60,437 nt of DNA, from the NCBI GenBank assembly GCA_964442525.1, contig CAYTZO010000003.1, forward strand, positions 4,721 through 65,157, written 5' to 3'. This document shows, in pieces, positions 46,696 through 55,576 of this stretch. A program made the position numbers and the translations under genes. The DNA is from an uncultured Gammaproteobacteria bacterium (lineage in GTDB: Bacteria; Patescibacteriota; Microgenomatia; UBA10105; UBA927). The notes under the pieces were generated by a model. It was not told the origin of the DNA, made no database searches, and worked only from the letters and a program-made list of their open reading frames with translations. Position 1 is the first letter of the stretch. Each line of letters starts with the position of its first letter.

Positions 46696-47558
46696 AATGC
46701 TATCTTTGCAAAGCGCCGGTCTCGCATTTTTTGAGGAAGAACAACCATGACATAGTCCGTTGCCCCGCCTGTGGTCTTGCGACGACAATCCTCCATAAGG
46801 ACTACTACGCGTTTATAGAGGAACATTACAGCAAAGGGTATTTTACCGGTGATCCCCATAGGAGTGCATACGTAAATTATCGGGATGATAAGCCCTTGAT
46901 TGTGAGAAACATGCGTAAGCTTCTCCAGAAAATTCAGGTGCAAAAGCCCAGAGGCAGAGTCCTCGACGTGGGGTGCGCGCTGGGGTTTTTTGTAGAATTA
47001 TGCAGAAGGCACGGATACGATGCATACGGGTTTGACCCATCTAACTATGCGGTCCGGGAAGCAAAAAAATTAGTAGGGGGTCAAAAGATACAATTGGGTA
47101 CCGCTCAAACCGTGCAATACCCCAAAAAGTTTTTCGATGTGATAACGCTTTTTGACGTATTTGAACATCTAAAAGATCCCCGGGCGGATATCCAGAAACT
47201 GAAAACCTTTCTCAAAGATGACGGCATCTTGGTGATTGCGACAGGCGATACATCAAGTTTCCTGCCGCGCATCCTGAAACGAAGATGGACATTCTACATA
47301 CCGCCCCAGCATCTTTTCTTCTTTAATCGCAATAATCTGACGAGATTTTTAAAGCAGATAGGGTTTGTTCCTACGCTCTGGTTCAGAGTGTCGAAGTGGT
47401 TAAGCTTACGGTATGTCCTCCATTTGGGCCGTACGACGGGAGAAAGTAAAACTGCCGACGTACTCTATCGTTTGTTTGGCCATTCGCGAGCAGCAAAACT
47501 GCCGGTCTACATGCCGGTTCAGGATAATATGGTAGTGATCGCAAAGAAGGCGACATGA
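46692..47558 (+). CDS. class I SAM-dependent methyltransferase with an N-terminal Cys4 zinc ribbon
   Basis: CYLC..(13)..CPAC, then VLDVGCALGFF (motif I) and DVITLFDVFEHL. ATGA overlaps on both sides. Confidence 0.85.
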   Translation: MKCYLCKAPVSHFLRKNNHDIVRCPACGLATTILHKDYYAFIEEHYSKGYFTGDPHRSAYVNYRDDKPLIVRNMRKLLQKIQVQKPRGRVLDVGCALGFFVELCRRHGYDAYGFDPSNYAVREAKKLVGGQKIQLGTAQTVQYPKKFFDVITLFDVFEHLKDPRADIQKLKTFLKDDGILVIATGDTSSFLPRILKRRWTFYIPPQHLFFFNRNNLTRFLKQIGFVPTLWFRVSKWLSLRYVLHLGRTTGESKTADVLYRLFGHSRAAKLPVYMPVQDNMVVIAKKAT

Positions 47559-49993
47559 AATCCAAGTGGAATCATTGGTATGTGTTATTTATTTTCGTTC
47601 TTTTAAGCGGCCTCTTTTTTTATCCCTATTTTACTCAGAGAAAGGTGCCGTTACCATTTAATCTGCTCGTTTCATTTTACTCCCCTTGGAAATATGAGCC
47701 CGGATTTGGGATTGGAGTTCCGAATAAACCACTGGGAGACGACAACCTTAAATTATTTTACCCATATCGAACATTCACCATTGATCAGTTGAAGGCAGGT
47801 CGCATTCCTTTGTGGAACCCCTATGCGTTTTCCGGTTCCGTAAATCATGCGATGTATCAGTCGGCAGTGTTTTATCCGCTCAATTTTTTCTATTTTATTT
47901 TTCCGCAGGCAGACGCATGGAGTTTGATTGTCATGAGTACGCCGGTTCTCTCGGGTTGGTTCATGTATCTTTTCCTTCGATCGTTAAAACTTTCGAGCCC
48001 GTCGAGTATTTTTGGAAGCGTAGTTTTTGCTTTTTCCGGATGGATGATGGCATTTTGGGAAGAAGTTATCGTTAAGGGACACACCATTCTCTGGCTTCCG
48101 CTTGCTCTTTACGCATCAAATCTCGTATGGGAGAAAAAAACCGTAAAAGGAACATTTCTTTTTATCCTTGCAGTAAGCTTATCCGCTCTTGGCGGATTTC
48201 CTCAAATGTTCATCTATTTCGTTATAACACTCTTGGCCTGGAATCTTTATAAATTTTTTTCTTCTGATTCAAACGAGCGCGGCAACATTGCACTTCGCCT
48301 GAGCGGCGCTCTCGTTCTTGCAATTCTTCTTGTCGCGTTCCAATGGGTGCCGGCAATCGAGGCGTTTCTCAATGCACCGCGCGGCAACGTTGACACGTTT
48401 TCCCTTTTTGAAGCGTATCTTACCCCTCTTCCTCATCTGGTTACATTTCTCGCTCCGGACTTTTGGGGGAATCCCGGCGTGTATAACAATTTTTCACCCT
48501 TCAGATATCTGCAGGAACATACTATATTTATCGGAATTCCCGGAATTTTGTTGACATTCTTCGCGCTGCTAAACAAAAAAGTGCCCAGCTTTTGGAAGGT
48601 TTTTTCTCTCGTCACGCTTTCGATGGGCTTTGCGTTACCAACAAGCTGGCTTCTGTACACGTTAAAAGTTCCACTGCTCAACGTGGCGCTGCCGGTTAGA
48701 ATCTTTATTTTGGCGACATTCGGTTTCTCGGTATTGGCTGCCTACGGACTTGAACACAGGGAAGCGTACAAAAAAAATTTCCTCACTTCTCTGCCCGTTA
48801 TTGTTTTTTTTCTTACTCTCCTTATGCTCTGGGGTTTTTCCGCAGGCATGAGTTTTATTTCGAAAAGTCAGCTCTATAGTCTCTTTGATGAGAGCACCCG
48901 AAAGACAGTTTACGGATATGCGACTGTTTCCGTACGGAATCTCGTCTTTCCGTCAATAATTTTTGCCGCGACTGTTCTTTCGCTGGGGTTTTTCAAAAAC
49001 AGGAAATTGTATCTGACTGCCTCAATGACGATTCTTACAATAGCCGGGGCGTTTCTTTTTGCACAAAAAATTCTTTATTTTTCCGACAGAAGATATGAGT
49101 ATCCGCCGGTAGAGCCGTTAAAGAAGCTCCAGGAGCTTTCCGGATTGGATAGAGTATGGAGTTACGGTGACGGCTACGTGCTCCGTAATATTCCCAGTTT
49201 CTTCCGTCTGTTTTCTCCTGAGGGATATGAAGCTCTCTATTCATATCGCTATGGCATGTTTCTTAATACCATCCAGACGAGGGGAATTTTGACCAACCAA
49301 ATCCAGCGGACGGACGCGACTCTTTCCGAGACAGGACAATTCGAAAAGATGACCGATAATCCCGTGCGGCTTCGCCTCATGGCGATTCTTGGGGTAAAGT
49401 ACGTTCTTGAACGCAAAGACGCAAGCGCAGATCAGATCCTCAGGCCGGCGGACCGGTTTCCGCCCGAATTATTTGCCCTTGCCTGGCAAAACGACCGGTG
49501 GCGTATTTGGGAATATAAAAAATCAGTGCCAAGAACATTTGTGGCGTACAGCGCCGCATATGAGAAGCGGGATCAGAAGATTATTGACACCTTGCTTAAT
49601 TCCTCATTTGATATCAACAACGCCCTGGTGGTTGAGGAGCGGAAAGCGGCGCTGACCGGAGAAGGGTCTGGAGAATCCTCAATTATTTCATATCAGCCAT
49701 CCAACGTTACTATTCGTACTCAAACCAAAAAAGAGGGCCTTTTATTTCTCTCTGATACCTATTATCCGGGTTGGCGTGCATACGTTGACGGTTACGAACA
49801 GCCAATTTATCGAGCGGATTTCGTGTTTCGGGCAGTCCCGGTACCAGCTGGCTCACATACCGTTCGTTTTGTGTATGATCCCTTATCTTGGAAACTCGGT
49901 TTGTATATAAGTGGATTTGGACTGGGAGTATTGGCGCTTGTGCTTTTTAGTAGAAACCTCATCCGTCTCATCATGAGAAAATTTGGTTTTTGA
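47555..49993 (+). CDS. YfhO-like GT-C membrane protein, paralogue 3
   Basis: LFYPYRTFTIDQLKAGRIPLWNPYAFSGSVNHAMYQSAVFYPLN. C-terminal LSDTYYPGWRAYVDG..VPAGSHTVRFVY plus a final TM helix. Confidence 0.72.
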   Translation: MKSKWNHWYVLFIFVLLSGLFFYPYFTQRKVPLPFNLLVSFYSPWKYEPGFGIGVPNKPLGDDNLKLFYPYRTFTIDQLKAGRIPLWNPYAFSGSVNHAMYQSAVFYPLNFFYFIFPQADAWSLIVMSTPVLSGWFMYLFLRSLKLSSPSSIFGSVVFAFSGWMMAFWEEVIVKGHTILWLPLALYASNLVWEKKTVKGTFLFILAVSLSALGGFPQMFIYFVITLLAWNLYKFFSSDSNERGNIALRLSGALVLAILLVAFQWVPAIEAFLNAPRGNVDTFSLFEAYLTPLPHLVTFLAPDFWGNPGVYNNFSPFRYLQEHTIFIGIPGILLTFFALLNKKVPSFWKVFSLVTLSMGFALPTSWLLYTLKVPLLNVALPVRIFILATFGFSVLAAYGLEHREAYKKNFLTSLPVIVFFLTLLMLWGFSAGMSFISKSQLYSLFDESTRKTVYGYATVSVRNLVFPSIIFAATVLSLGFFKNRKLYLTASMTILTIAGAFLFAQKILYFSDRRYEYPPVEPLKKLQELSGLDRVWSYGDGYVLRNIPSFFRLFSPEGYEALYSYRYGMFLNTIQTRGILTNQIQRTDATLSETGQFEKMTDNPVRLRLMAILGVKYVLERKDASADQILRPADRFPPELFALAWQNDRWRIWEYKKSVPRTFVAYSAAYEKRDQKIIDTLLNSSFDINNALVVEERKAALTGEGSGESSIISYQPSNVTIRTQTKKEGLLFLSDTYYPGWRAYVDGYEQPIYRADFVFRAVPVPAGSHTVRFVYDPLSWKLGLYISGFGLGVLALVLFSRNLIRLIMRKFGF

Positions 49994-50036
49994 AAATTGA
50001 CAGATAAATAGCGTTGTTCTTAAAGAAATCAAATGG

Positions 50037-50066
50037 CCGGATGACACGCTCGCGTTCCGGATTTTA
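50037..50066. terminator. weak hairpin in the convergent intergenic region (possible bidirectional terminator)
   Basis: CCGGA...TCCGG stem (50037-50041 / 50056-50060) followed by ATTTTA. Lies between convergent genes that end at 49993 and 50079. Confidence 0.25.
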
Positions 50067-50078
50067 CGCCTCAAATAA

Positions 50079-51701
50079 TTATTGGAGAGATACTATTTGG
50101 AAAACAAGCGATTGGTCACCGCGTCGGATTTTCTTTAACAGCGTTGCGCCTTCGGGAATCTTACACGTGCCGTAGTCAACGTACAAGATCCCCTGGTTGC
50201 CCGTGAGAGTTTTTGTTTTTTCATTGAGTCGAAGCGGGCATTCTTCCTGGGAGAATTCATAGGGGCCGAAGTTCACGCGGTCGAGGTCGGTCGTTTGCCC
50301 CTGCTTTGCCTCTGCCTGGAATTTTGCGGGATCATATTGGCTATAGAAGAGGAAGAAAATCGCGGGCGCTGATTCTCTATTGGTTATTACCGCCTTAGTA
50401 TAGGTTGGAAGGAGTTTGTTGATGCTCGGCACAAGCTCCTCGTACCCTTCGTTTCGATACCACGGCTTGTGTACCGGCAGGTGAATAAAATATTGATGTA
50501 TGAAGAAAGCTACGTTATAGAAAGCCAGCGTCCCAAGAACTATTGCGCCGGCCAAAAAGACGCGCTTCGGAAATCTATTTTTGAGATACGTTACTGCTGA
50601 CAGGATCCCAACTGCGCTTAGGACAGCAAAAGCCGGCCCGGCGAAGAGCGTCCGCTGAAGATTGGGGATATCATCAAAGGTTAACGCGCTGCCCACAGGT
50701 GCCAAAAGAGTCCAACCGATAATAAGCACATTTTCCTTATTGGGCCTTTTTATAAGCCTTATAAGTCCGATGAGGAGAAAGGGAAGCTCAACCAGATAGA
50801 GAAGACCCATTCCCGGAATGCGATACCTATCAGGCAGCCCCTTGTCGGTAAAGAGGAAGTTATAAGAGAAATGTGCTGCATAGTTTTCTAAAAATTGCGG
50901 GAGGTAGCCCGCGATTTTATTGTGAAAGAGTCGTGAGACAATAGCCCCCGTGCCTTGCACGCCGTCTTCACGGATATACTCGTTGAGAGATAACTGGGTA
51001 TTTTGCGAAGCAAAAAGGCTGACCGTGCGGATTCTTAATGAGAGGTTTGGGTTAGTGACGATGAATAATGTCGGTATTACAATCAAAGCAACGTAGAAAA
51101 GCATAGATATCGGCCTCTTTTTTGTGGAAAAAAGAAAGAGCATGAGGGGGATAAAAACGGGGAGGAAAGCCCGGGGCGCCTGATACACCAGGAGAGTGAG
51201 AAAGAAAGAGAGAAAAGATAATAAAATCCGTTTTTTTACATAAAGCAACACGCCAAGGATGATGAAAAATGTTACAACAATATTTTCCGTAGCCAGACGG
51301 GAAAGGTTGACGTGCCAAGGTGAAATTGCCATGATGAGTGAGCTAAGGAGAGCGAGTTTTTTGTTTTTGAAGAGTTCGTCAATAAAAAAGTAAACGACTA
51401 TGATTGTTAAACTGCCAAAAAGCGCACTTGCAAAACGAATGGAAAAGGCATTTAGGCCAAAAACCGCGATAAAGGGGATAGAAACGTAGGAATATCCCGC
51501 AGGGCTGTAGAGGAACGACTGAAGATGGAGGGGAAGAAAATTTCCGCTCATGTCACGGCCGGTTTTCAATATTGAAAAGGCGTTGTACCCAAGGAACGCC
51601 TCATCGCGATAAAGTCCAGCCGGAGTTTCTCCGAGTTTATAAAATCTTAGCAGGATGCCTATACCAATAATTAAGAAAAAAAAGAAATAACTTTTTTTCA
51701 C
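50079..51701 (-). CDS. GT-C membrane glycosyltransferase, GT39/PMT_2-like
   Basis: ILLRFYKLGETPAGLYRDEAFLGYNAFSI (DE motif in loop 1). 540 aa, polytopic. GTG start forms a GTGA overlap with the HAD gene. Confidence 0.75.
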   Translation of the reverse strand: MKKSYFFFFLIIGIGILLRFYKLGETPAGLYRDEAFLGYNAFSILKTGRDMSGNFLPLHLQSFLYSPAGYSYVSIPFIAVFGLNAFSIRFASALFGSLTIIVVYFFIDELFKNKKLALLSSLIMAISPWHVNLSRLATENIVVTFFIILGVLLYVKKRILLSFLSFFLTLLVYQAPRAFLPVFIPLMLFLFSTKKRPISMLFYVALIVIPTLFIVTNPNLSLRIRTVSLFASQNTQLSLNEYIREDGVQGTGAIVSRLFHNKIAGYLPQFLENYAAHFSYNFLFTDKGLPDRYRIPGMGLLYLVELPFLLIGLIRLIKRPNKENVLIIGWTLLAPVGSALTFDDIPNLQRTLFAGPAFAVLSAVGILSAVTYLKNRFPKRVFLAGAIVLGTLAFYNVAFFIHQYFIHLPVHKPWYRNEGYEELVPSINKLLPTYTKAVITNRESAPAIFFLFYSQYDPAKFQAEAKQGQTTDLDRVNFGPYEFSQEECPLRLNEKTKTLTGNQGILYVDYGTCKIPEGATLLKKIRRGDQSLVFQIVSLQ

Positions 51702-52297
51702 GGGAGTACTCCAAGTTTAACTAATTCATTCCGGAGCTGCTGCGGAGATTCAAATAACACCGTGTTTATGCCAATCTTTTTCGCTGGAATTAAAGAAGAT
51801 TCCTTGTCGTCGATGAATACTATTTTTTCCGGCAGGACTTTAATTTTTCGTAATGCGAACTCGTAGATTTTTGGATTCGGTTTGCGGACGCCTACGTCAT
51901 GGGAGAAAATACCTCCCTCAAACCATTTTAAAAATCCAAAGCGCTCGTCTAGTTTATCTGTTCGTTCCTTAACGTTATCAGATAAATAAAAGATTCGATA
52001 TTTTTTTGACAGTTCTAAGATAATATCCCGCGTTTCTTCGAGAAGATCGTAATAACTGATCCATTCTTTTTCAAGAACGTCTGGGTTTTCACGGATGTTG
52101 AGTTTTTGCAAAAAGTATTTCCAAAATTCATCGCGGGTGATTTTTGATTCCCTATACTGGGTACCAATTTCGCCGTCTGAAATGCTTACGACAAAATTTT
52201 CATCGAGGTTATACCGACGAGCTATGGCTTTATTAAATTTCTTCGTGCCATTCGTGAACAAGACGCCCCCGAGATCAAAGAGTATGACTTTAATCAT
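51698..52297 (-). CDS. HAD-superfamily hydrolase (subfamily IA-like)
   Basis: Motif I ILFDLGGVL, motif II S at LSDN, motif IV FIDDKE. Confidence 0.8.
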   Translation of the reverse strand: MIKVILFDLGGVLFTNGTKKFNKAIARRYNLDENFVVSISDGEIGTQYRESKITRDEFWKYFLQKLNIRENPDVLEKEWISYYDLLEETRDIILELSKKYRIFYLSDNVKERTDKLDERFGFLKWFEGGIFSHDVGVRKPNPKIYEFALRKIKVLPEKIVFIDDKESSLIPAKKIGINTVLFESPQQLRNELVKLGVLP

Positions 52298-53907
52298 AGT
52301 TTGATTATATACGCCGTTGCCCCAAAAGCCAGAATCAAAGTTACTATCACAGAGGCAACACTTATGATATTTGAGACCGCTCTTATCGGCGAGTCTCCGA
52401 AGCGAACCTCTATGTTGTGGTTTCCTTTTGAAACAGGAAATGTAATGAGTCCTCTGTAATTGGCGTCTTGGAACTCTATGGGTACTTTTTTTGAATCAAC
52501 GGTTGCGCTCCATCCTGGAAAATACAGCGTGTTATCGAGTATCGTCGTATTTGTCAGCGCATTGACGGTAAACGTATGGGCAGTCAAGCCCTTATAAAGA
52601 TTTGAAATTTTTCCGTCGCCGACGATGACGGAAACCGGCTCTTTTGGGTATGCGCTGGGGTCACCGGCCGACCAGATGGTACTTGCCGCGCCAAACTCCG
52701 TAGATGAGGGAAACGAACGGTAAAAATCGTCAGATTTTGTATCGTCGCCGGTGGTTTGAACGAACGGGAGACTCGCGAGAATGATAATCGGAATAGAAAG
52801 TATGGCGACGCCGCGCAGTTTTTGGGCTGACAGCACAAGAGCGGCGAGAATGCCGGTAGCAAAGACAGAAATTGCGGTAAAACGCCAGGGAAACTCAAGT
52901 TTTTGAAGGAACGAAACGGTGTCCCATGCCACGGATGACGTTTTGAGACTGAAAAAAATTCCCAATGCCAATACTATGAAACCGAAAAGAAAAAGCTTTT
53001 GTTTTCTTTGAGAGAAAACGATTGCCAGAAGGGTGAAAAAGAGAGCGGGCAATCCGATTTGCGGGGAGAGCCCTCCGGGCGCATTGACTTTCGTACCGAA
53101 TCCCCATGGCGACCAAATAAGCTGTGTGAGGGAGGGGAAGTTCCCTTTGTAGGTAGATCCCACGAAAAGGTTAATATTAGTATATTTTTGTTCGACGAGC
53201 GCCGGGAGCCAGAAGAATGCGGAAATGCCAAGGCCTAAAATGAGCATAAGAGCAAAACGTTTCCAAAAAGTTTTTTGATAGCCAAATCTTACGAAAGCGT
53301 AGAAAATAAATATTGGGCTAAAAAGAAGCGCGAACGCATTGTGCGAGAGAATAAGAAGGGCATAGAGTAGTGCTCCGGCAAGAACGGAAGAGGCTTCAAT
53401 TGACCAGAAAATGACGGGAATAATCATGAAGGCGAAGAGTTCTCCGATGTCTCCCCGGACGTAAAGGTCGAGAAAATGATACGGCGCAAGTCCGTAAAGC
53501 AGACTTGCAGCAAATGCGGCCAGGGGGGTGGCAAGTCTCCGAATCCAAATATAAAAAGATACCGGTGCAAAGACAAATGATAGTGCGAGGAGCAGTTTAA
53601 ACGACCCGGTAAAACTTGTTCCGAGGAAACGGAAGAGGCTGCCCACGATGTACGGGAGCGGATAATAAAAAATGAATAACGGGCTTCCGTATCCATAATT
53701 GAGATTTCCCGACCATCGGACGGGGAATTGGCCGTCGGCAAGAGCTTGGGAGTATGCCGCGATGCGTGCCATATGGAGTATACCGTCGTGGGTATGAAAT
53801 ATTCCCGGTTTTAGGAGCGGCAAAAGAAAAAAGAGCTGTATAACGGCAAGAAGCACTATGCTACGTACGATTGCTGTCTTTTTAGTATTGTGCGGTAACC
53901 ACAACAT
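52294..53907 (-). CDS. large membrane protein of the PTPS-related-like family, paralogue 3
   Basis: GIFHTHDGILHMARIAAYSQALADGQFPVRWSGNLNYGYGSPLFIFYYPLPY. C-terminal LYFPGWSATVDS..VSKGNHNIEVRF plus a final TM helix. ATG 53907 preferred over the TTG 53955 in the track. Confidence 0.55.
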   Translation of the reverse strand: MLWLPHNTKKTAIVRSIVLLAVIQLFFLLPLLKPGIFHTHDGILHMARIAAYSQALADGQFPVRWSGNLNYGYGSPLFIFYYPLPYIVGSLFRFLGTSFTGSFKLLLALSFVFAPVSFYIWIRRLATPLAAFAASLLYGLAPYHFLDLYVRGDIGELFAFMIIPVIFWSIEASSVLAGALLYALLILSHNAFALLFSPIFIFYAFVRFGYQKTFWKRFALMLILGLGISAFFWLPALVEQKYTNINLFVGSTYKGNFPSLTQLIWSPWGFGTKVNAPGGLSPQIGLPALFFTLLAIVFSQRKQKLFLFGFIVLALGIFFSLKTSSVAWDTVSFLQKLEFPWRFTAISVFATGILAALVLSAQKLRGVAILSIPIIILASLPFVQTTGDDTKSDDFYRSFPSSTEFGAASTIWSAGDPSAYPKEPVSVIVGDGKISNLYKGLTAHTFTVNALTNTTILDNTLYFPGWSATVDSKKVPIEFQDANYRGLITFPVSKGNHNIEVRFGDSPIRAVSNIISVASVIVTLILAFGATAYIIKL

Positions 53908-55576
53908 AAGCGACGTCCGTCGTCGGATATTGGGCAATCTGCTGTTTGTTTGCAATAACGACCGGCCGTGTCGGGTATGGAAATTGTTTGAGCGGCGTTG
54001 CCCCGCTTGGCAACGATTGCGGCGAAGTCACGAAGAGTGTTTTGGGGGTACGGACATCGGTTATCCAATCAATAGATTTAAATTCGTATATACCAAATGA
54101 TTTTACGTTGCTGAAGCCTTCTGAATCGTCGGGATATCTCGTGACGGTGCGCCCGAAATCCACAGGCGAATATTTTTGATAGAAGAGAAGCGAGGTATAG
54201 ATAAAGCCGGAATTACTATCGACAATGATGCGGTTATAGCGAGGAGCGACCGTTGCCAGGTACAGCGAGAGATCCCGATCAGCCGACCGCCACGCAGATG
54301 CATACAGAATTGGGAAGCGGACATAGTATGAGGAAAAATAATAAGTAAGATTGTAGACGACAAACGAAAGAGCCAAGACCGCTGTTAATATTTTTCGCGC
54401 GCTACCGTGAATTGTCCTCATCCAAGATGTTATCGTGAGGACGCCCTGCGCTGACAGCAGTACTCCCGGCACAATGAGGAAAAAACTCCGCGTTGCGTGA
54501 GGAGACTCTCTCGTAAGCGCCGCAACGGCGATCGTGAGCGCTACCCATCCAGTAAGGATCGTGCGCAAACGAGATTTTTCCCGCGAGAACCTATAGGCGC
54601 CAATAAGAATAAGCGGAAGATCAAATACATAAAATTCTCCTACGTTCCCGATTCCGTGATTCCCGTGCGCCGAGCCGGTGAGAAAAAAGAAATTGACCGA
54701 GAAGTAATTAAAAATATTTTGTATGTATTGCCATAACGTAAGGATGAATTGATTAAAAAATAGTTTTGTAAAAACCGGGGGGAGAGAGACGAGGTAACTG
54801 CGAAATTCAATAAGCGGTGCCTGTACGGCGCTACTGGTAAAAATAAACGTGCCCTTCGCCGAGAGAGCTCCTCCGGAACCGGTCAGCGTCAAGAAGAAGG
54901 GAATAAGGAGGAAAAAAGAGGCAGTTATCGTCGCGAATAATTCCCACCGCCGCACTACCGAGAGTTTCGGCAAATAGTTCCAGAGAAAAAGTGCATAGAG
55001 AAGCGGCGCAAGAAGTCTTGTGAGGTTATACGAATAGAATGCGACTATGAAACACAGTGTGCCTCCCAAAAAGGCCCCCGTTGTTTTTCGTACAAAAGAA
55101 CGGATGAGAAGATATCCGCCGAAAACGAAGAAAAATAAAGAAATCGTTACTTCGAATGTTGCGCGGCTATAGTGTATGTGCCAGGGGTTCAATGCGAGTG
55201 CGGCGCTAGCGACAAAGGCAAGCGGTCGTTTCCCGGTTACCTCGAGCGTAAACCAATAGACCAGGAGAACGGTAAGCGTGCCAAAGACTGCCGAGGGCAG
55301 CCGCACCGCCCACTCAGTGAGGCCGAAAATCTTTTCGGAGATGGCCGTAAGATAAATGTAAACGGGGAGCTTATAATCACCAAACGACTTAAAGTACAAC
55401 GGATATCGGAGTCCGTATTCATCTTTTCCCGTCGTGAGAATGGAGTAGGCGTTATATCCGATCGCCGACTCGTCCTGGTAAAACCCAAATGGTATCTGGC
55501 CCAATTTATTGAAACGAAGAAAGGCCGCGACCACAACAATAACCGCGAGAATCAGCCAGTTTTTTGTTTTTTCCAT
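53882..55576 (-). CDS. GT-C membrane glycosyltransferase, GT39/PMT_2-like
   Basis: AAFLRFNKLGQIPFGFYQDESAIGYNAYSI. 564 aa, polytopic. Paralogue of the gene at 50079. Confidence 0.75.
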   Translation of the reverse strand: MEKTKNWLILAVIVVVAAFLRFNKLGQIPFGFYQDESAIGYNAYSILTTGKDEYGLRYPLYFKSFGDYKLPVYIYLTAISEKIFGLTEWAVRLPSAVFGTLTVLLVYWFTLEVTGKRPLAFVASAALALNPWHIHYSRATFEVTISLFFFVFGGYLLIRSFVRKTTGAFLGGTLCFIVAFYSYNLTRLLAPLLYALFLWNYLPKLSVVRRWELFATITASFFLLIPFFLTLTGSGGALSAKGTFIFTSSAVQAPLIEFRSYLVSLPPVFTKLFFNQFILTLWQYIQNIFNYFSVNFFFLTGSAHGNHGIGNVGEFYVFDLPLILIGAYRFSREKSRLRTILTGWVALTIAVAALTRESPHATRSFFLIVPGVLLSAQGVLTITSWMRTIHGSARKILTAVLALSFVVYNLTYYFSSYYVRFPILYASAWRSADRDLSLYLATVAPRYNRIIVDSNSGFIYTSLLFYQKYSPVDFGRTVTRYPDDSEGFSNVKSFGIYEFKSIDWITDVRTPKTLFVTSPQSLPSGATPLKQFPYPTRPVVIANKQQIAQYPTTDVAYVVVTAQY

